Made by a program: the position numbers and the translations under genes. This document shows positions 23,363 to 37,585 of a stretch of 64,000 bases of DNA, piece after piece. Each line of letters begins with the position of its first letter. Within the stretch, counting starts at the first letter, position 1. This DNA comes from Podarcis liolepis (lineage: Eukaryota): assembly GCA_965112155.1 (NCBI GenBank), contig OZ218100.1. The stretch is one strand, 5' to 3'. Below the pieces are notes generated by a model. The model ran no database searches and was not told the DNA's origin. It worked only from the letters and a program-made list of their open reading frames with translations.

Positions 23363-24396
23363 TACCCTCATCCTGCTCCGCTCCAGTCAATATGAAAAAT
23401 GGTGCCAGGGGTAAGTCTTCATAACTCATTATCAATTGCTTACTTTTATTGTAGCCGTAAAGAGTTACAGGGGCCCTCTGTCTAGGGTGACACCCATGAA
23501 TTACAGTGTTCTAAACCAAGCTGTGCAGTAACGTATTTGAATAATAATGGTAGCCTCCTTTATACAACAGATATGTAGAGATTTTTGGTCCTGTGTTGAC
23601 AAACAGATGTGGGTTGGGTCCTAGTGCATTTTACTCAGATTAAAACCATTGTAATTATGGGCCTAATTTAGTCATGGCCGTGAATTTCAGTGGGTCTTCT
23701 TTGAGTTTGACTAACATTGGGTACAATCCTATGTTGTTTATCTCCCTTCCCTATGTTGCCCCATAGAGCTAGTTGCTGCCACTTTTATAGTGCATCTTTT
23801 CTTGCTCATATAGCTGAAGACCTTGAACCCCAGTTGGCAACTAGCTCTATGGGAGGTCCATTTTGAAGAAGAGCTAGCAGGTGGTCTGTCATCTCCCAAA
23901 GTGGGCTGCCATTCCCACGATAGTTTCTTGTCTCTGGTTTATCAACTGGGGGACCAGCTGACACACTTCAGGGGGGGTCAATGTAGCCCTACACCCTCTA
24001 ATTGTTTGCTTGTTTATTAAATTTATACACCACTCTTCATTCAAAGATCACAGGGTGGTGTACAGTATAAAAGCACAAAATACATGGTATAACAGCAACA
24101 ATACTAACCCTGCCTCCTTTGCCTATAGTGTTTTTTATTAACAGTCCTGAACAGCTCAGAATCTTACCTTTTAGAGCAGGGCCAATTTCAGCTCTGTAGG
24201 ACCTACTGCTGTACGTATGTGTCTTTGTGTGTGCTTTCTATAACCTTGAGACCTGCCAATTGGATCATGGTGTAAAAGACTTATTTAAGAATTCTGAGAC
24301 CACTTTAAATGCCTGGCAGAATAGGTCTTCGCCAAAAGATACTTAGCATTGGCCAAACTTTGGGCAGAGGAGGGAGAAAGGTATTCTACAACCAAG

Positions 24397-24749
24397 TAGA
24401 ATCATAGAATAGAATCATAGAGTTGGAAGAGACCACAAGGGCCATCGAGTCCAACCCCCTGCCAAGCAGGAAACACCATCAGAGCACTCCTGACATATGG
24501 TTGTCAAGCCTCTGCTTAAAGACCTCCAAAGTAGGAGACTCCACCACACTCCTTGGCAGCAAATTCCACTGTCGAACAGCTCTTACTGTCAGGAAGTTCT
24601 TCCTAATCTTTAGGTGGAATCTTCTTTCTTGTAGTTTGGATCCATTGCTCCGTGTCCGCTTCTCTGGAGCAGCAGAAAACAACCTTTCTCCCTCCTCTAT
24701 GTGACATCCTTTTATATATTTGAACATGGCTATCATATCACCCCTTAAC
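24397..24749 (-). mobile_element. young 5'-truncated CR1 LINE 3' end
   Basis: Encodes CR1 ORF2 C-terminus [14 protein letters not shown]...WNLLP...FKQRLD; (ATTCTATG)-like tail; 337/339 identical to 63161-63499. Confidence 0.95.
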
Positions 24750-27700
24750 AAGTACCATTGCCATGAAAGCGCTCTGGCAGGTTGTAGATCCTCTGAACTC
24801 ATTAAGGGGTGGCATTACCAAGAAGGCCAAGACTAGACTGAAATTCATTTTTTCATAGACAATGTGGTTGGAACAGTACAAAATATACAAAAGGAGCATG
24901 CTCCCTGCTCAGTCTAAATAAGAGAGCAGCCCAGAACAGCATACTCACAGGGTATGTCTATGCCCAAGGTAAATAATTGTAGAACAGTTCAGTCTGATGA
25001 ATTGTACTGGTGCTTACAGAAGCCCAAGCCATGACAAATCTGTTAGAACATAGGCCATTGACTTACTTAAGTTCTATTGATGTCAAGGGTAGAAAACAGT
25101 TCTGTTCATTGGTTTCAATTGTATATTTATCCATGTGATTAAAGCTATAATCCTATGTACACTTACTTAGGAGCAAGTCCCGATGAATTTAATGTGATTT
25201 ATTTCAGAGTAAACATTCATACACTGGTGTTGCATACTGCTTTCAAGGAAATCAGTGGGATGAGAGGTGCTTAACTTCAGAGAGGTGCTTAACCTCATCA
25301 CACATTAAGGTGCCATTTTTGAGGTAAATGAGCACCTTATATTTTCTGTGTTATCTTAATCTGAGAGACTATGGAGCACATGTAATGCTGGGGAGGGGGG
25401 AATAAGGAAGCTGATGAAGGAAAAAGCATTGAAAATAAAACATTCCTTCTCTACATGTCTTTCCCTAGGCAAAGATGTGTCACATGTTTTGAATGTACTT
25501 GTGAATTCTGTCTTGCCTGCTAAGCGACAAAAGCAGAAATCTGTACTCAGCATGCTAGCATCCTCTTGTTATTGGATATGGGGTTAGATATTATTTCTCG
25601 GTTTCTAGTCTTTCATTATAATCTACATTCTCATCATGGAAAGAGGTCTGAGAACTTGTGGGTGAGAAAATGGAGTCAGTAAACCCTTGTTTCAAGGCTT
25701 TTGAAGTCTGCAGGATTATATGACTATCTCCATTCATTTCAGTGGTTGGTGAAACAGATTTTTCAGAGGCTGAAAAAATCTTCCTGCTTTTCTGATGTCT
25801 GATTAGAATGGATTGTGCAGATATTTATTTACTTCATGTTTCCATTCCCAGTTCACCATCAGACCCCAAAATATGTCTGAAATGTGAGGTCTCTGATAGC
25901 AGACTAGGCTCTACTTATTCGACACTGAATTTGCTCTTGGAAACAGCAGTTTGAAGGGTACTGAGTGATCATAAAGAACGCCACCATGCTGCACATTCCA
26001 TGCCTACGCAGGAACTGCAGAATTACATTCTCTTAAGTATTGTCCAGACGTTGGAATCTGTTAATGTCTGCAGATTGCACTATTTGCTTCCAACCTTTAA
26101 AAAGTTTTGTTACAATGTAGGCATTGCTTGTTATTATAATTGATCTAGCCCTTAATAGGTTGTTTACAGTATCTCTAATGCATCTTCATAACAATCCTTT
26201 AAAGTACCAGCAGGTGGATGGTGTAATGGCTTAGGTAGCCACTGCCTGCTGAAGCTAAGTAGGGTCGAGCCTGGTTAAACAATCCTTTAAAGCGGCTTAT
26301 TAATATTCTCTCTAACAGAAAGAGAACCCAGGCACTGAGAGTACCATTTGCCCTATAAACACCAGAGTGTTTATAGCTATGGCTGCTATAGCACTTCATC
26401 CGTAATCATTGTATGACTAAGCTGTTCATATTTTAGTTCATAGCTATTAAAAACTTCTGCTAGGATGCTTCCATATTTAGAATCTTCGACACTGCTGAAA
26501 CATTGCTTTTCCGGACTTAACTGGAAGCAGAATCAACACACCAGTTAATATAGTGTTCTGTTATCCAGCAGTGTTCATCCCCATGGCTGAGATTATTTTT
26601 ACAGTGTTTACACGTTATAATGGTTACGCAGTCCGCAAAGCCCTCTCTAACTTTAAATAGAACTGATGTCCATGCCATTTTACCTCTAATTGCTTCCTGT
26701 TTGGTGTGGTCACAGTGTTACTGATGTATTGCCCTTTGAATAGTTAGTTCCTGTTCCCTTCAAGCTCCCATATACAGATCACCCTTCTGTAGAAAGTGAA
26801 GAAATTCTACACCCAGAACCCATATGTTTGCATACAGTGCTCTAGTACCATGTCACTGACACAGTCAGCTTTGAACTTACGTGCATACTGTAGAATGTAT
26901 TCTCCCTTTCATATTCTGGTTGAGGATGAACGCTAGTACAGAATTTAGAAGTCTACCTGAATTGAGTTTTTTGTTTGTTTTAAAGGAAAAGCAAATTCCC
27001 TGTCTCCATGAGAAAAGACTAGAGTCACACACAGTCTGAAGTTCTGGTTTTGAATGTAGAACTCAGACATGATTTTCTAGGGATGCAGAGTAGTGTCGCT
27101 TTGACATCTGGCCCAATGGTTGGGAGCCCTCTATACCTAGCACTGGATATAAGAGTGGCAACCAGTTCAATTTACTACCAGAAATGTCAGGAAGGACTGC
27201 TTGGGGACTGATGCCCCTTGCTTAATGCTGCTACCAATTTGTCTGCAGTCCTCTGCCCATACCTCCCTCCTTCTTCAAGTGCCTTATTCTACTCCCCCAT
27301 GGCAAAAAGTTCCACATTCTTTAAAAACCAGAGCAGAATAAATTATGTAAAATATGATAAGCTTGGAAGCAGCCTGTTTCATTCCTTCAAGAGTTTGGGG
27401 GTTTTTTGGGTTGGTTTTTTGTTTTTAATTAAAGAGCACTGAATACCAGACAGACATCTTGAGCTATGAGAAAAGCACATGTCTGGTTATAAAAGTTGGA
27501 CAGAGAGAGCTACCTCCCACTTCTACATGGGGACAGAAATCTGATATTCATACTATGTTGGGATCAGAAATATGCCACTGCTACGCCGACTGGCAAAATA
27601 GCCACCATATTCAACACATACTCAGCCCAGGAGAGAAGGAGAAAAATACACAAGTGGAGAAAAAAAACAGCATCCCTGGAAAGAGGGCCAGCCCTACCAT

Positions 27701-29519
27701 TTGGTAGGTGGCTGCCTCAGGCGCCAAGTGATGGAGTGGTGAGAGGACAGTGGTGACAGCCTCACCATCTGCTCCTTCTGAGTTCTCCTTGCTGTTTCCA
27801 TGTATTGCTGGACAGAGCTGTGTGTGCTACAGCTACTGCATCACCTAAGCTAACTGACTGCCCTCAGGGGTGGTGGAAGATACAAGACCAGTTGACTTCT
27901 GTATGTAAAAAGGGGGTTGGTACCATGTTGTCCTTTGCTTCACGCAGCAAAATATCTAGGGCCAACCATGCCCTGGAAACTGCCAGTGCCCACCAAGCAG
28001 GGCCATGTCCCCCACAAATGAGGGAGCCAATGAACTCAAGATGACAGGGACATACACACCCAGCACATATCCCTACACACATCCACAGAAGCAACACATG
28101 CAGAAATGCTGCCCTGGCTCCATCGATCCCCCAGTAGCACAACCAGCAATGACCCTGCTATGGCTAGTCCTTACATATGCCTTATAGGTAGGAGTTAGAA
28201 TTCCTATTTTTCAAGAACTTTTTCAGAGCTCAAGGCACAAAGAGGAGGAGAGAGAGCTCATGCAATGCTGCACCTACAGAGCTCCCTGAGCAGGGGACCA
28301 GCAGGAAGCACACACAGCTCTCCTGGGAGAAGGGTTCAGGATCTACCCAGGGAGGAAACAGTTTTGCCTAGCAGCCCAGGGCAAGGACAGACCCAAACTG
28401 GAAATGTCTCACTGAATAAGCCGTGGGGGCTAGGAAGCAGGAGGGTGTGTTTTGCCTCAAGTGGCAAACGGGCTGCATAGGCCCTGAATAAGAGTGAAAC
28501 ACCAATGCTAGCTTGGAATTACTGTGGCCTATTCAGATGGAGGGGAGGGGAAATGAAGGAAAAGTTGAAAGATGAATACACTATAGAAACCATAATCTCA
28601 GGGTTCCTCCCTTCCCCTTTTATTGGCAAACTGTGGAACAGTCTGGAATTGGCTGAAGAGTTGTTGCTGCAGAGAGAATTCATTATGAGTTTAATAAGAA
28701 TTCTTCAAATGTTTCAAACCCCAGTGTTAATCTAGCACATCAAGGCTGAGAACTGCATAGCTCGAAGCTGAACATGGAATCCCAGTAAGCAATTCCAGTC
28801 CTCTGAGAGCAGCTGGATCAACACATTAGCAATGAATCATCAATTCTGCCTCTGATTTTTTCCCTTATTAATGAAAACATCCATGTCTTTCCAAGTTTAC
28901 ATAATCTGGGGTCACGTGGTTACTGCTGCGAAACAAAAAAACTCTTCTAAGACCTCATTAGAGGAAGACAAATGTATGAATAGACTATTTTTGTCCATTT
29001 CATTCCCTGGTCAGCAGCTGCTTTTGCTGGAAGGCCACTTTGGCTGGGGTAGTGGCAGGCTAGGTCTCCAACTCCCTTTCTCCCATAGATCCTCCTGCCA
29101 AGTTCTAGCACGCCAATGTTCACCTCTCCACCCAATTTTTCATCTCTTGGTTGGCAGCAGGGGGTGGGGACTGCATTTTGCCCACAGGCCTCCAGCTGCT
29201 AACCACTATACAGCAATGCTTGTTCATGCTGATCATGCTCCAGAGTACAGTAGTTGGAGTCATCATTATGAGTTAGAAACACAGTATGAAATCTGTGTTT
29301 CTTTCGGTATTCATCTGAAAATTCATAAGCACTTAATGTTGGGTTTATGCCCATTTAGTACCTCCAGCACTGAGAATAAGGGGATGCTAAAGCACAGCTG
29401 TTATGCAGAGTTGGGCTGTGAATGCTCCTGTGGAACAGTGGGAGTTCCTTCTCCCTTGGTACTATGTAGACACCAGACTTGGTAGCTGGTAATAGATGAG
29501 GAAGGACTATTGGTGAGAG

Positions 29520-29685
29520 TCATATACCTCAGCGGTAGAGCATCTGCTTTGGATGCAGAAAATCCCAGGTTAAATTTCCTCATCTCTAGGTAGGGCTGGG
29601 TATGTCTTCAGTTTGGAGCTGTTGTCCAGTCAATGATGCTGGATAGATGGACCAATGGTCTGAGGAAACTTCCAATTTTCCTAAG
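29520..29685 (+). mobile_element. old tRNA-derived SINE (relative at 47378-47875)
   Basis: ctcagcggtagagcatctgctttggatgcagaaaatcccaggtt: tRNA-like head followed by a non-tRNA body. Confidence 0.65.
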
Positions 29686-29857
29686 CTTGGCTGAAGCAGT
29701 TGCAAGAGAAGCCTATTAATGGTATTTTCCTAAATATAGCTGCTTCTCAAAGGTTGACTGAATCATGACATTTACTAGAATGAATAATAAACAGCTTTAT
29801 GGTCTTCCCAATCTCATATCTAAGGGATAACTGCTGGGGGAAATATGTTGGCCTAAA

Positions 29858-29863
29858 TACACA

Positions 29864-29913
<50 letters not shown>
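29858..29913. repeat. (AC)n microsatellite
   Basis: Direct reading. Confidence 0.95.
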
Positions 29914-29915
<2 letters not shown>

Positions 29916-31078
29916 AACAACAACCGGGGCTCTTAACTGTTAGAGAAGCAACGTGCATAGTGTCCAAATAAAATGTAATTTTTAAACAGTTATAAAATAA
30001 TTTTACAATTATATGATGGGGTGGGGGAAACAGCCCTATGTTTCAAATGACTAAAATGAATATGATGACACACATGACATACATGTACAATACACAGCTC
30101 TGCAAGAGAACTTTTAGGACTCTGAAAAGCTATTGGTAGATGACAATGGAATGAGCTCTCAAACCTGCTACCTTGAAATATGGTCTCTTGGTGACCTGGT
30201 AGTAAGCATGTGCCATTAGGAAAGTACTGCATTGTTCATGTAACACATAACCTGCCCAGGTAATACAATGTAGGAAGCTAAGGCCCTACTATTGTGTATG
30301 TGTCATTCTTCCTCCTGGCACTGATAATAGCATCATAAGGCATTTCAGATTGTCTGTTCTACTGGAGTCTGGAGCACGAACCTGTCAGCAAAATTTATTG
30401 GAAACTCCACCACATGGAACTCATGGAATTTCCTGTTCCACTTATGAGTTTTGCTCTCCCGGATTTAAAAACATTGTACTTAAGGTAAAATGGCTTTAGT
30501 CAACATAAGTGCTACAGGTAAATTCTACTTCCACACACTCTGGAAAAAATATAGCCTCTTTCAAATATGTAACAGATATAAAAATAAAAAGGCCAAGCAT
30601 GTACTTTTAGATGCTGACTCAGTAATTTACTAGCCATTATAGAACATGAAAGAAAAGTTAAATCATAACTGTTGGTGGCAACAGATAAAGGAGCCCCAGT
30701 CTGATTGAGAAGGAGAAACCGGACTGGGGAGATGCAGAAAGGTCTACCTTGGCATTCCTCAGAAGCTAATCAACAATGGTGGAGAAGTTGCCCTGAAAGA
30801 CAACTTGCCCACCATCGAATCCACAGCTGCAGGGAAGTCTGAATGTGTTCAAGAGTACACATGCTCATTTTACTATAGCTAGAGGCCACAGAACAGAGTG
30901 GTGTCCTTTATAAACAGAACGTACAACTGAGAACACACAACCCCCCACAAAAAACCCCAGACATGTAGGGATTCTCAGTAGACAATTCAGTGTGGAAAGT
31001 TTGCACTCAAAGCAAAGCTCTTGAAAAGCACTTCTCTGTGCACATGACCTATTTCCAACTTTAAATGTGTGGTATGGC

Positions 31079-31720
31079 TTAGGCTGCATCAACAAAAGCA
31101 TAGTGTCCAGATCACAAGAAGTCATAGTTCCACTGTATTCTGAGCTGGTCAGGCTGCATTTGGAGCAATGTGTCCAGTACTAGGTGCTCCGTTTTAAGGA
31201 GGACATTGGCATACTGGAGAATGTCCAGAGGACGGTAACCAGGATTGTGAAGGGCATGGAAACCAGATCATATGAAGAGTGGCTGAAAGATATGTTTAGC
31301 CTAGGGAGAACAGAAGATTAAGCAGAGACATGATAGTTGGCTTGAAATATCTAAGTGGCTGTCACACAGAAGATGGAGCAGACTTGTTCTCTGTTCCTTC
31401 AGAGAACAGGCTATATCCACTGTGAGTCATACTCAAAGCTGACCCACTGGAAATAATGGACATAGCCAATTTAGAGTCTACTTGGAGTTGAACTTGGATA
31501 AAACCTTATGAGTGAAAGTTGCAGGGAAGCATACTTTGGCTAAACATAGGAGAAACTTCCTAATGGCATGAGTTGTTCAATAGTTGTTCAATAGTAAAGC
31601 AAGCTGCTTCAGGAAGTGTTAGGCCCTCCTTTGCTGGAGGTATTTAAAAAGAATTGGGACAACCATTTATCAGGGATCCTGCACTGACCTCCAAGATCTC
31701 TTTCAGCTCTACAATTTGAT
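31079..31720 (+). mobile_element. older CR1 LINE 3' fragment with a ~95-bp palindromic MITE inserted at ~31410-31505
   Basis: Degenerate ORF2 C-terminus ([34 protein letters not shown]) homologous to 63160-64000. Confidence 0.85.
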
Positions 31721-33239
31721 GAACCCAGTCAATTTGAAACTAAAAGGACGCATTCTGTCGCCATTCCTACAAGTATGTCTCTGCAAATGGAATTGCAAGT
31801 GTATCAAAGGTTTGCTCCTTTATCCAAAACAATTCAGAAACAGAAAGGTAGCTCTGCAAAGCACAATGGTTCCAGAGCGTGGCCTGAAGGCACAGGGTTC
31901 AGCAGCCTTGCTCTATCTGGTTAGTGTTTGAACAGAGGCCATGTGGGAACCTTATGTAGGCCACTTTCCATTCTCTCATGAAGACACAGATACAAATGAA
32001 ATGAATAAATAAATCATGGATGTCCTAGATTTCAGAACACCTCTGCTTTGTGACCCTTTTCTGAACACACACCACATTTCTGGAGTGTTCCTTTGGCAAT
32101 GTGAACATGCAACCATTATGACCAATAGCAACACTGTCTTACCTATTAAATTTCCAATTACACTTGTCTGAGCTACTGTATTATGAACGTGTGAATGGCT
32201 ATGTGACTTGTAAGCATGAAAATTGTCTAACCTTCACCTCACTCTTTAGATTATGCACAGAGAGGAATAAAAGTTCCAATGCTTTCTGAAATAAAAGGTA
32301 CAAAAAAACAATGTTTAAAAAACCCAGAATCCCAATATCAGGGGATAGTATTCTTTAACCATGTATTTGGTGATATTTTACAGCTCAGCGGTCCAAATTC
32401 ACATAAAGTGAATATTCCTGACCAATGTAGATATATTACTGGATGCCATGAATCACTGTTTACTGGACATTCTCATGAAATATGATACATTTCTGACTCA
32501 TTTTTAATTCCCTCGCCAGTATAAGTCATAAAGTAATATGAAACTATAGGCTACAGGTACCCCAAATTGAGTTCAGGGAGGACTATTTTCTGTTTTTAGG
32601 GACAATAATGAATTCTTTATTTCACCTCCCTCCCTCATGCACAGGCTCCTGTGAGAATGCTATTTAGTTCTCTTCAGAAATTACCCTTCAAGTATTCAAC
32701 TGAGTTTGGTGAAGGTGCAGAGGGGAAATCAAGTGGCTCTGTCCTACCTGACTTCTGCACATCAAGTGAAGGTTTGAAGGGGATCCTAAACACATTGAAT
32801 CCTTCCTTTCAACCTTTGCTGAAGGCCAAGGGAAACAGCCAGTGGGCATCAACATGTTTGGGAAAGGGGTGGGGCCAATGGACACACTTCCCTTCTATGC
32901 AGTCACTGAACATGTGGAGGCTAATTTCTGAAAAGCCTTTTCTGTTGTCTTGCAGTATCATGGCACAATAATGTTATGGGTTTGTGGGGGGCCATGTTTC
33001 CCTAAATTTCTGGGTGCCAGATCCTCCCCATAATTCCTGGATTTAGTAAAAGTTAGAATTAATCTAGGTTTGATTAAACACAGAAACTCTCTGGATTTAA
33101 TTATGCTAACAAGCTAAGCCAGCTTGGCAGAGCTAGCTGGATAATTGTAGAGTTGGAAGGGGACCCTGAGGATCTTCTGGTCCAGCCCCCTGCAATGCAG
33201 AAATATGCAGCTGTCCCATAGGGGATCAAATGGCTGGCC

Positions 33240-33559
33240 TGTTACGTATTTAGTGGTCTGTGTTTGCCTGAGCTTGAGTCTGGACTAAGGATTCTGAGCT
33301 CCTGTGTTCTGATTCGATACATGATGTCCAATCACAGAACATTTCCAGATTTAGGCCTCTGCCATTGGCCCTCGAACTTTGAGTCGTGATTTGCAGTTTG
33401 GAAGTTTAGACAGCCAATCACGTTGGGAGTGGGAGTGGCCAAGGCTTTCAGAAATGTATCTAAGCAGTTGCTTTGCCTCGGTTTCCCAGTTATGTAGTTC
33501 AATAAAGGTTCTTGCTGTTATCACTGTGTCTTCCCTCTTGGGAACCCACCTACACTTCA
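33240..33559 (+). mobile_element. solo LTR, 320 bp
   Basis: TG...CA ends, 5-bp target duplication TGGCC (33235-33239 / 33560-33564), CCAAT boxes at 33328 and 33414, AATAAA at 33501. Confidence 0.7.
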
Positions 33560-33564
33560 TGGCC

Positions 33565-34034
33565 CACCAAAGAAACCATCAGAGGGCAAGACTGCCAGGC
33601 AAAGGGGAGTGGAGTAGGACCCCTTCTTTGCTGGGTGCTAGTGGACAGAGGCAAAGGCTAAGATTAGGGTTCCAACTCTGAATGCTATAGGCAGGGAGGA
33701 AGTCCTTGGAGTTGGTTAGCACCAAGAAGGAGGAGAGGCAGAACTTCATGAGAGCTGGGGATGACAGGCTGGAACAAAGAGACACACAGGGTGACTGTCT
33801 TTTGAGTTCAATGTTGTCCTTAAGGGGGAAGCCAGATCTCATGGGATGTGATTGCTCTGCAATCCCTCCAGCTAGGTGCAGGTTGTGTGTATATATATGT
33901 GTGTAAATAAAACCATATATCATAACGACACCACAGTTTCTGCTGTGCCCAATTTTTGAAGGAAACCCGAACCCTCAGTAAGCACTTGGAACGCCTAGAA
34001 TCTCACATCACTCAGAGGTGGGTGGCATGTAACA
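33565..34034 (+). mobile_element. second LTR-like fragment (5' end unclear)
   Basis: Purine-rich body, AATAAA 33906-33911, ends ...ATGTAACA. Confidence 0.5.
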
Positions 34035-36173
34035 ATATTGTTGTGCTCTTCGAGCAGTGAGTACTTCTCTTGGAATAGTGCAAGGTTACAAGGGTGCAGG
34101 TCCTTTCCTTGTGGAAGAAGGTGGCAGGAGGCTTATAGGTGTTTTGTAAGATTTGCATGTATTTACTGATATACAGGTTGAGCATAGGTGGAGACACAGT
34201 TTAAATATTCCAACAGCCCAAAGTAGTTTTGTTTTGTTTAATTCCAGTTTAGGATTATTGGATTAAATATTCTTAGCAACCATTTTTAATAAGTGAGAGG
34301 AAGTGTGGGATCATGGCTAAGTGTGTACACAGTGAGATGGGAAGCACCTCCTCTTAGCCATGAACTTGTTAGGTGGCTTTAGGCAAATCCAGTAGGATTC
34401 TCCCTTTCTCTGCTGTCACCAACATCCATTCCACCCAGCTGAAAGCAGGGACTGTCTTGTTTTTATTGTGCTTGTGTAAGTCACCCTGAAAGCCTTTTCA
34501 CCTAGGATAAAAATTCCTTAAATAAATGAATATATTACTGCCTCCACTCCTGCCAGACCAGCAGTCTGGCAATCAGTTATTATTGTGTTTGTTTATTTAT
34601 TTATTACATTTGCATCTCATGTTTCTTCAGTCAAACTTAAGGTAGCATGCATGGGGTTACCAGACCATCCTCTATCCTGTCACTGACCAAGTTTTGTTCA
34701 TCTTTACCTTCAGACCAGAGTCTTACCTGGCTTCCCTTATGAGGATGTTGCAAGAATTACCAAGGCAATGCATATAAAGAGCTTTGGACATTTGAATTCT
34801 GCTGTATTTATTATCAGCATCACAGAACTCTTTCAACAGATGAGATTAATCATATGCAGAAAGCCGTATAATTTGGTTGTGATGAGTACCTATCATGCTT
34901 TGTACATTTGCTGGTGAATTGTGTAGTTGTGCTCTTATCTTAGATACATGAACATAGCCAGAGAGCACAAACATCCATCAATAGGAGTCAACATGGATGG
35001 AGGAGGGAATTTTACCAGCTCCACTCAGCAGATTAGCAGTTTGTAGGTGATGAAAGCCAATTATCACATAGCAATTGATGCAAGAACTTTCACACGTTCA
35101 CATTATAAAGAAATAGCCATTATCATATAGATATTATAATGTGTGTAACTACTCTTAAGGGTTCATCTTTTTAAAAAGCTGATGCAAGAGCAGGTGGATT
35201 AAATTAAATAAACTAAATGCAATCTAATTAGCCACCAGATTCACAAAACACCACAAAAATTAGGATGCCCTCATTGGACATGAGATATTATGTGAACCCA
35301 AGCAGTTTTGTTTACCCAGTCTAGACAGGACCACAAAGAAGTACTTCATTGACATAATACAATGGTAAGAAGTTTGGGTAGAATCACTGATGCCAAAAAG
35401 AAGAGGCATTAACAAAAAAGGAACAAAGAGAAATGGCACTAAGTGCTGCTGAACATCAAATGGACTGGGGCAGGGAAATAATGAATGAAGATTACAGAAA
35501 GGAACAGACAGCTGTACTGGGTGTGATAGTCTCAGCCCTTCAAAATGCAGCCAGCCCACTTTTTTTATATATGAGAAGCAAAGCTTTCTTGAATCCTTAA
35601 GGTTGCCTGTCTTAGAATTAAGTATTAGAATTTCTGGTCCAGCAGATTAACATACCGACTGCAGCAAGATGGAAGTGAGTCAGTCTTCAAGTATTTCTGC
35701 ACCTAAACAAACAGATTTTACTCAAGAAAGAAAAATATTTTTCACTTCCATTATAAATGGCAGGGATGTGGTGGCTGAGCTCTATCTACATCATAAGCCA
35801 GGAATCTGTCATTGGAATGGGACTAGGGTTACTATGCACACTTTTATCTTGGAGCTAGTCCCAGTGAGCTCAGTAGGACTCACTTCCTAAACATGCATAG
35901 GATCGCTCTACATGAAGTGCAAACAGGGCATCCTTCACCAGCCTGGTGCTCTCCAGATGTTTTGGTCTACAACTCCCACCAGGCCTGAGCAGCACATGCT
36001 GACTGGGGCTGATGGAAGTTGTAGTCCAAAATATATGAACAGCACCAGGTTGGTGACGGCTGAAATAGTGTGGTAAACATGGGACCAGATCCAAGTGGTA
36101 TTTGAGGTCACACATATCAGGCAGCTGTCCATCACTTTTGTACAAACATAAGGTGCATCACATGCAGTCTGGA

Positions 36174-36428
36174 AAGAAGAAGAAGAAGAAGAAGAGTTTG
36201 GATTTGATATCCCGCCTTTCACTCCCCTTCAGGAGTCTCAAAGCGGCTAACATTCTCCTTTCCCTTCCTCCCCCACAACAAACACTCTGTGAGGTGAGTG
36301 GGGCTGAGAGACTTCACAGAAGTGTGACTGGCCCAAGGTCACCCAGCAGCTGCATGTGGAGGAGCGGAGACACGAACCCGGTTTCCCAGATTACGTGACT
36401 ACCGCTCTTAACCACTACACCACACTGG
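36174..36428 (-). mobile_element. Squam3-like SINE, copy 3, with (GAA)n tail
   Basis: Near-identical to the other two copies; CTGGAAA occurs at both ends. Confidence 0.85.
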
Positions 36429-37254
36429 AAAAACAATAAGGCTCATTGTACCCACATATATTTAAAAGAAACACAAATCCTGAAATATTCCAGGGACATC
36501 ATAAACCCAAGAGTTCCATTGAACTCACCAATAATCCTTGGCTGTTACATTTATCCTGATGCAGTTACAGCAAACAACATTTTCAAGAACTTCAGAACTC
36601 GAGATGCTCAGCATTGCTGAGTCTAAACAAACAGCATTGATTAACATTCTCTTTCTCTCGTCTGAGCTATTTTGCTTCAGAGACGTCACTGTTAAAGTTA
36701 ATAGCTTAACAGCAAACCACATTTAAGGGAATGCCTGGCATTAACAGTTCCAGGCCCCAAACGAGATGCTTTGTGGTCAATTAAGCAATGCATATTATAT
36801 CATATAGAGGCATGACTAATACTTGAGGATTAGTGCAAATCCCTTTCACTCATGCGCTTCCTGCTAAAATATGTATTCCTGCCCTACCATACCACTAAGA
36901 TGGGCATCAGCAAAGATAGGCAGTCTAGGCTGCAAACAACCCTCTGCATACTTACTGAGGAGCAAGTCCAATAGAACTCAGTGCGAGTTACTTCCAGGTA
37001 AGGGTTGGCCTTTTAGAGACATCAGATGGTTACAACGGAGATAAGCCTCTTAAGAACACTAGAGAAAAACCCTTTCCAGGCAATCAGCTTAGAGTACAAT
37101 AAATGCACAGACACTACTCATTTATTGCATGGGATTAAGACATAATGATACTGAGCACTCGTATAGTACTGTTGAGTATTGAAAATGTTTCACATCCTAC
37201 CTTAACAATCTTTTCAACGGGCAGGTAAGGTAAGTCCATATTTTTATCTTCATA

Positions 37255-37585
37255 TTGCATCTGGTCCAAATGCAGCATCCAGAATGGCTTTTAGTGTTTG
37301 CTTCTCAGAACATATCACACCGACTTGGTTTGTATTGGCTTCTGATTCATATAAGGGCAAAATCCCAAGAGCTGCTGGCTATTATTGCTAAACCCCTAAA
37401 TGGCTTGAGACCAGGTTATCTGAAGGGCCCCCTACTCCCACAGGAACCTGACTGTGCATTTCATTCAACACCTGTGGCTCCATCTTTGAAGGTGCATTTG
37501 GTGAGGACACCAAAGGGAACCTTCTTGGTAATGCAAGAGATTCTGGAACTTCTTCCTGATTGGTTGGCCCCCTCCCTCTTGAGTT
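37255..37585 (+). mobile_element. degraded L2 ORF2 C-terminal fragment
   Basis: LHLVQ...HITP...LYWL...KPLNGLRPGYLK resembles L2 LQLVQNAA..HITP..LHWLP..KALNGLGPxYL. Confidence 0.65.

Noticed and set aside
24423-24704. Plus-strand ORFs duplicated at 24423 and 63137
   Set aside because: Antisense frames of CR1 ORF2, not a duplicated host gene.
28871-29485. 204-aa plus-strand ORF
   Set aside because: No family resemblance or exon structure; consistent with chance.
29520-29590. tRNA-like sequences here and at 47378-47445
   Set aside because: Degenerate SINE heads without an intact cloverleaf; not tRNA genes.
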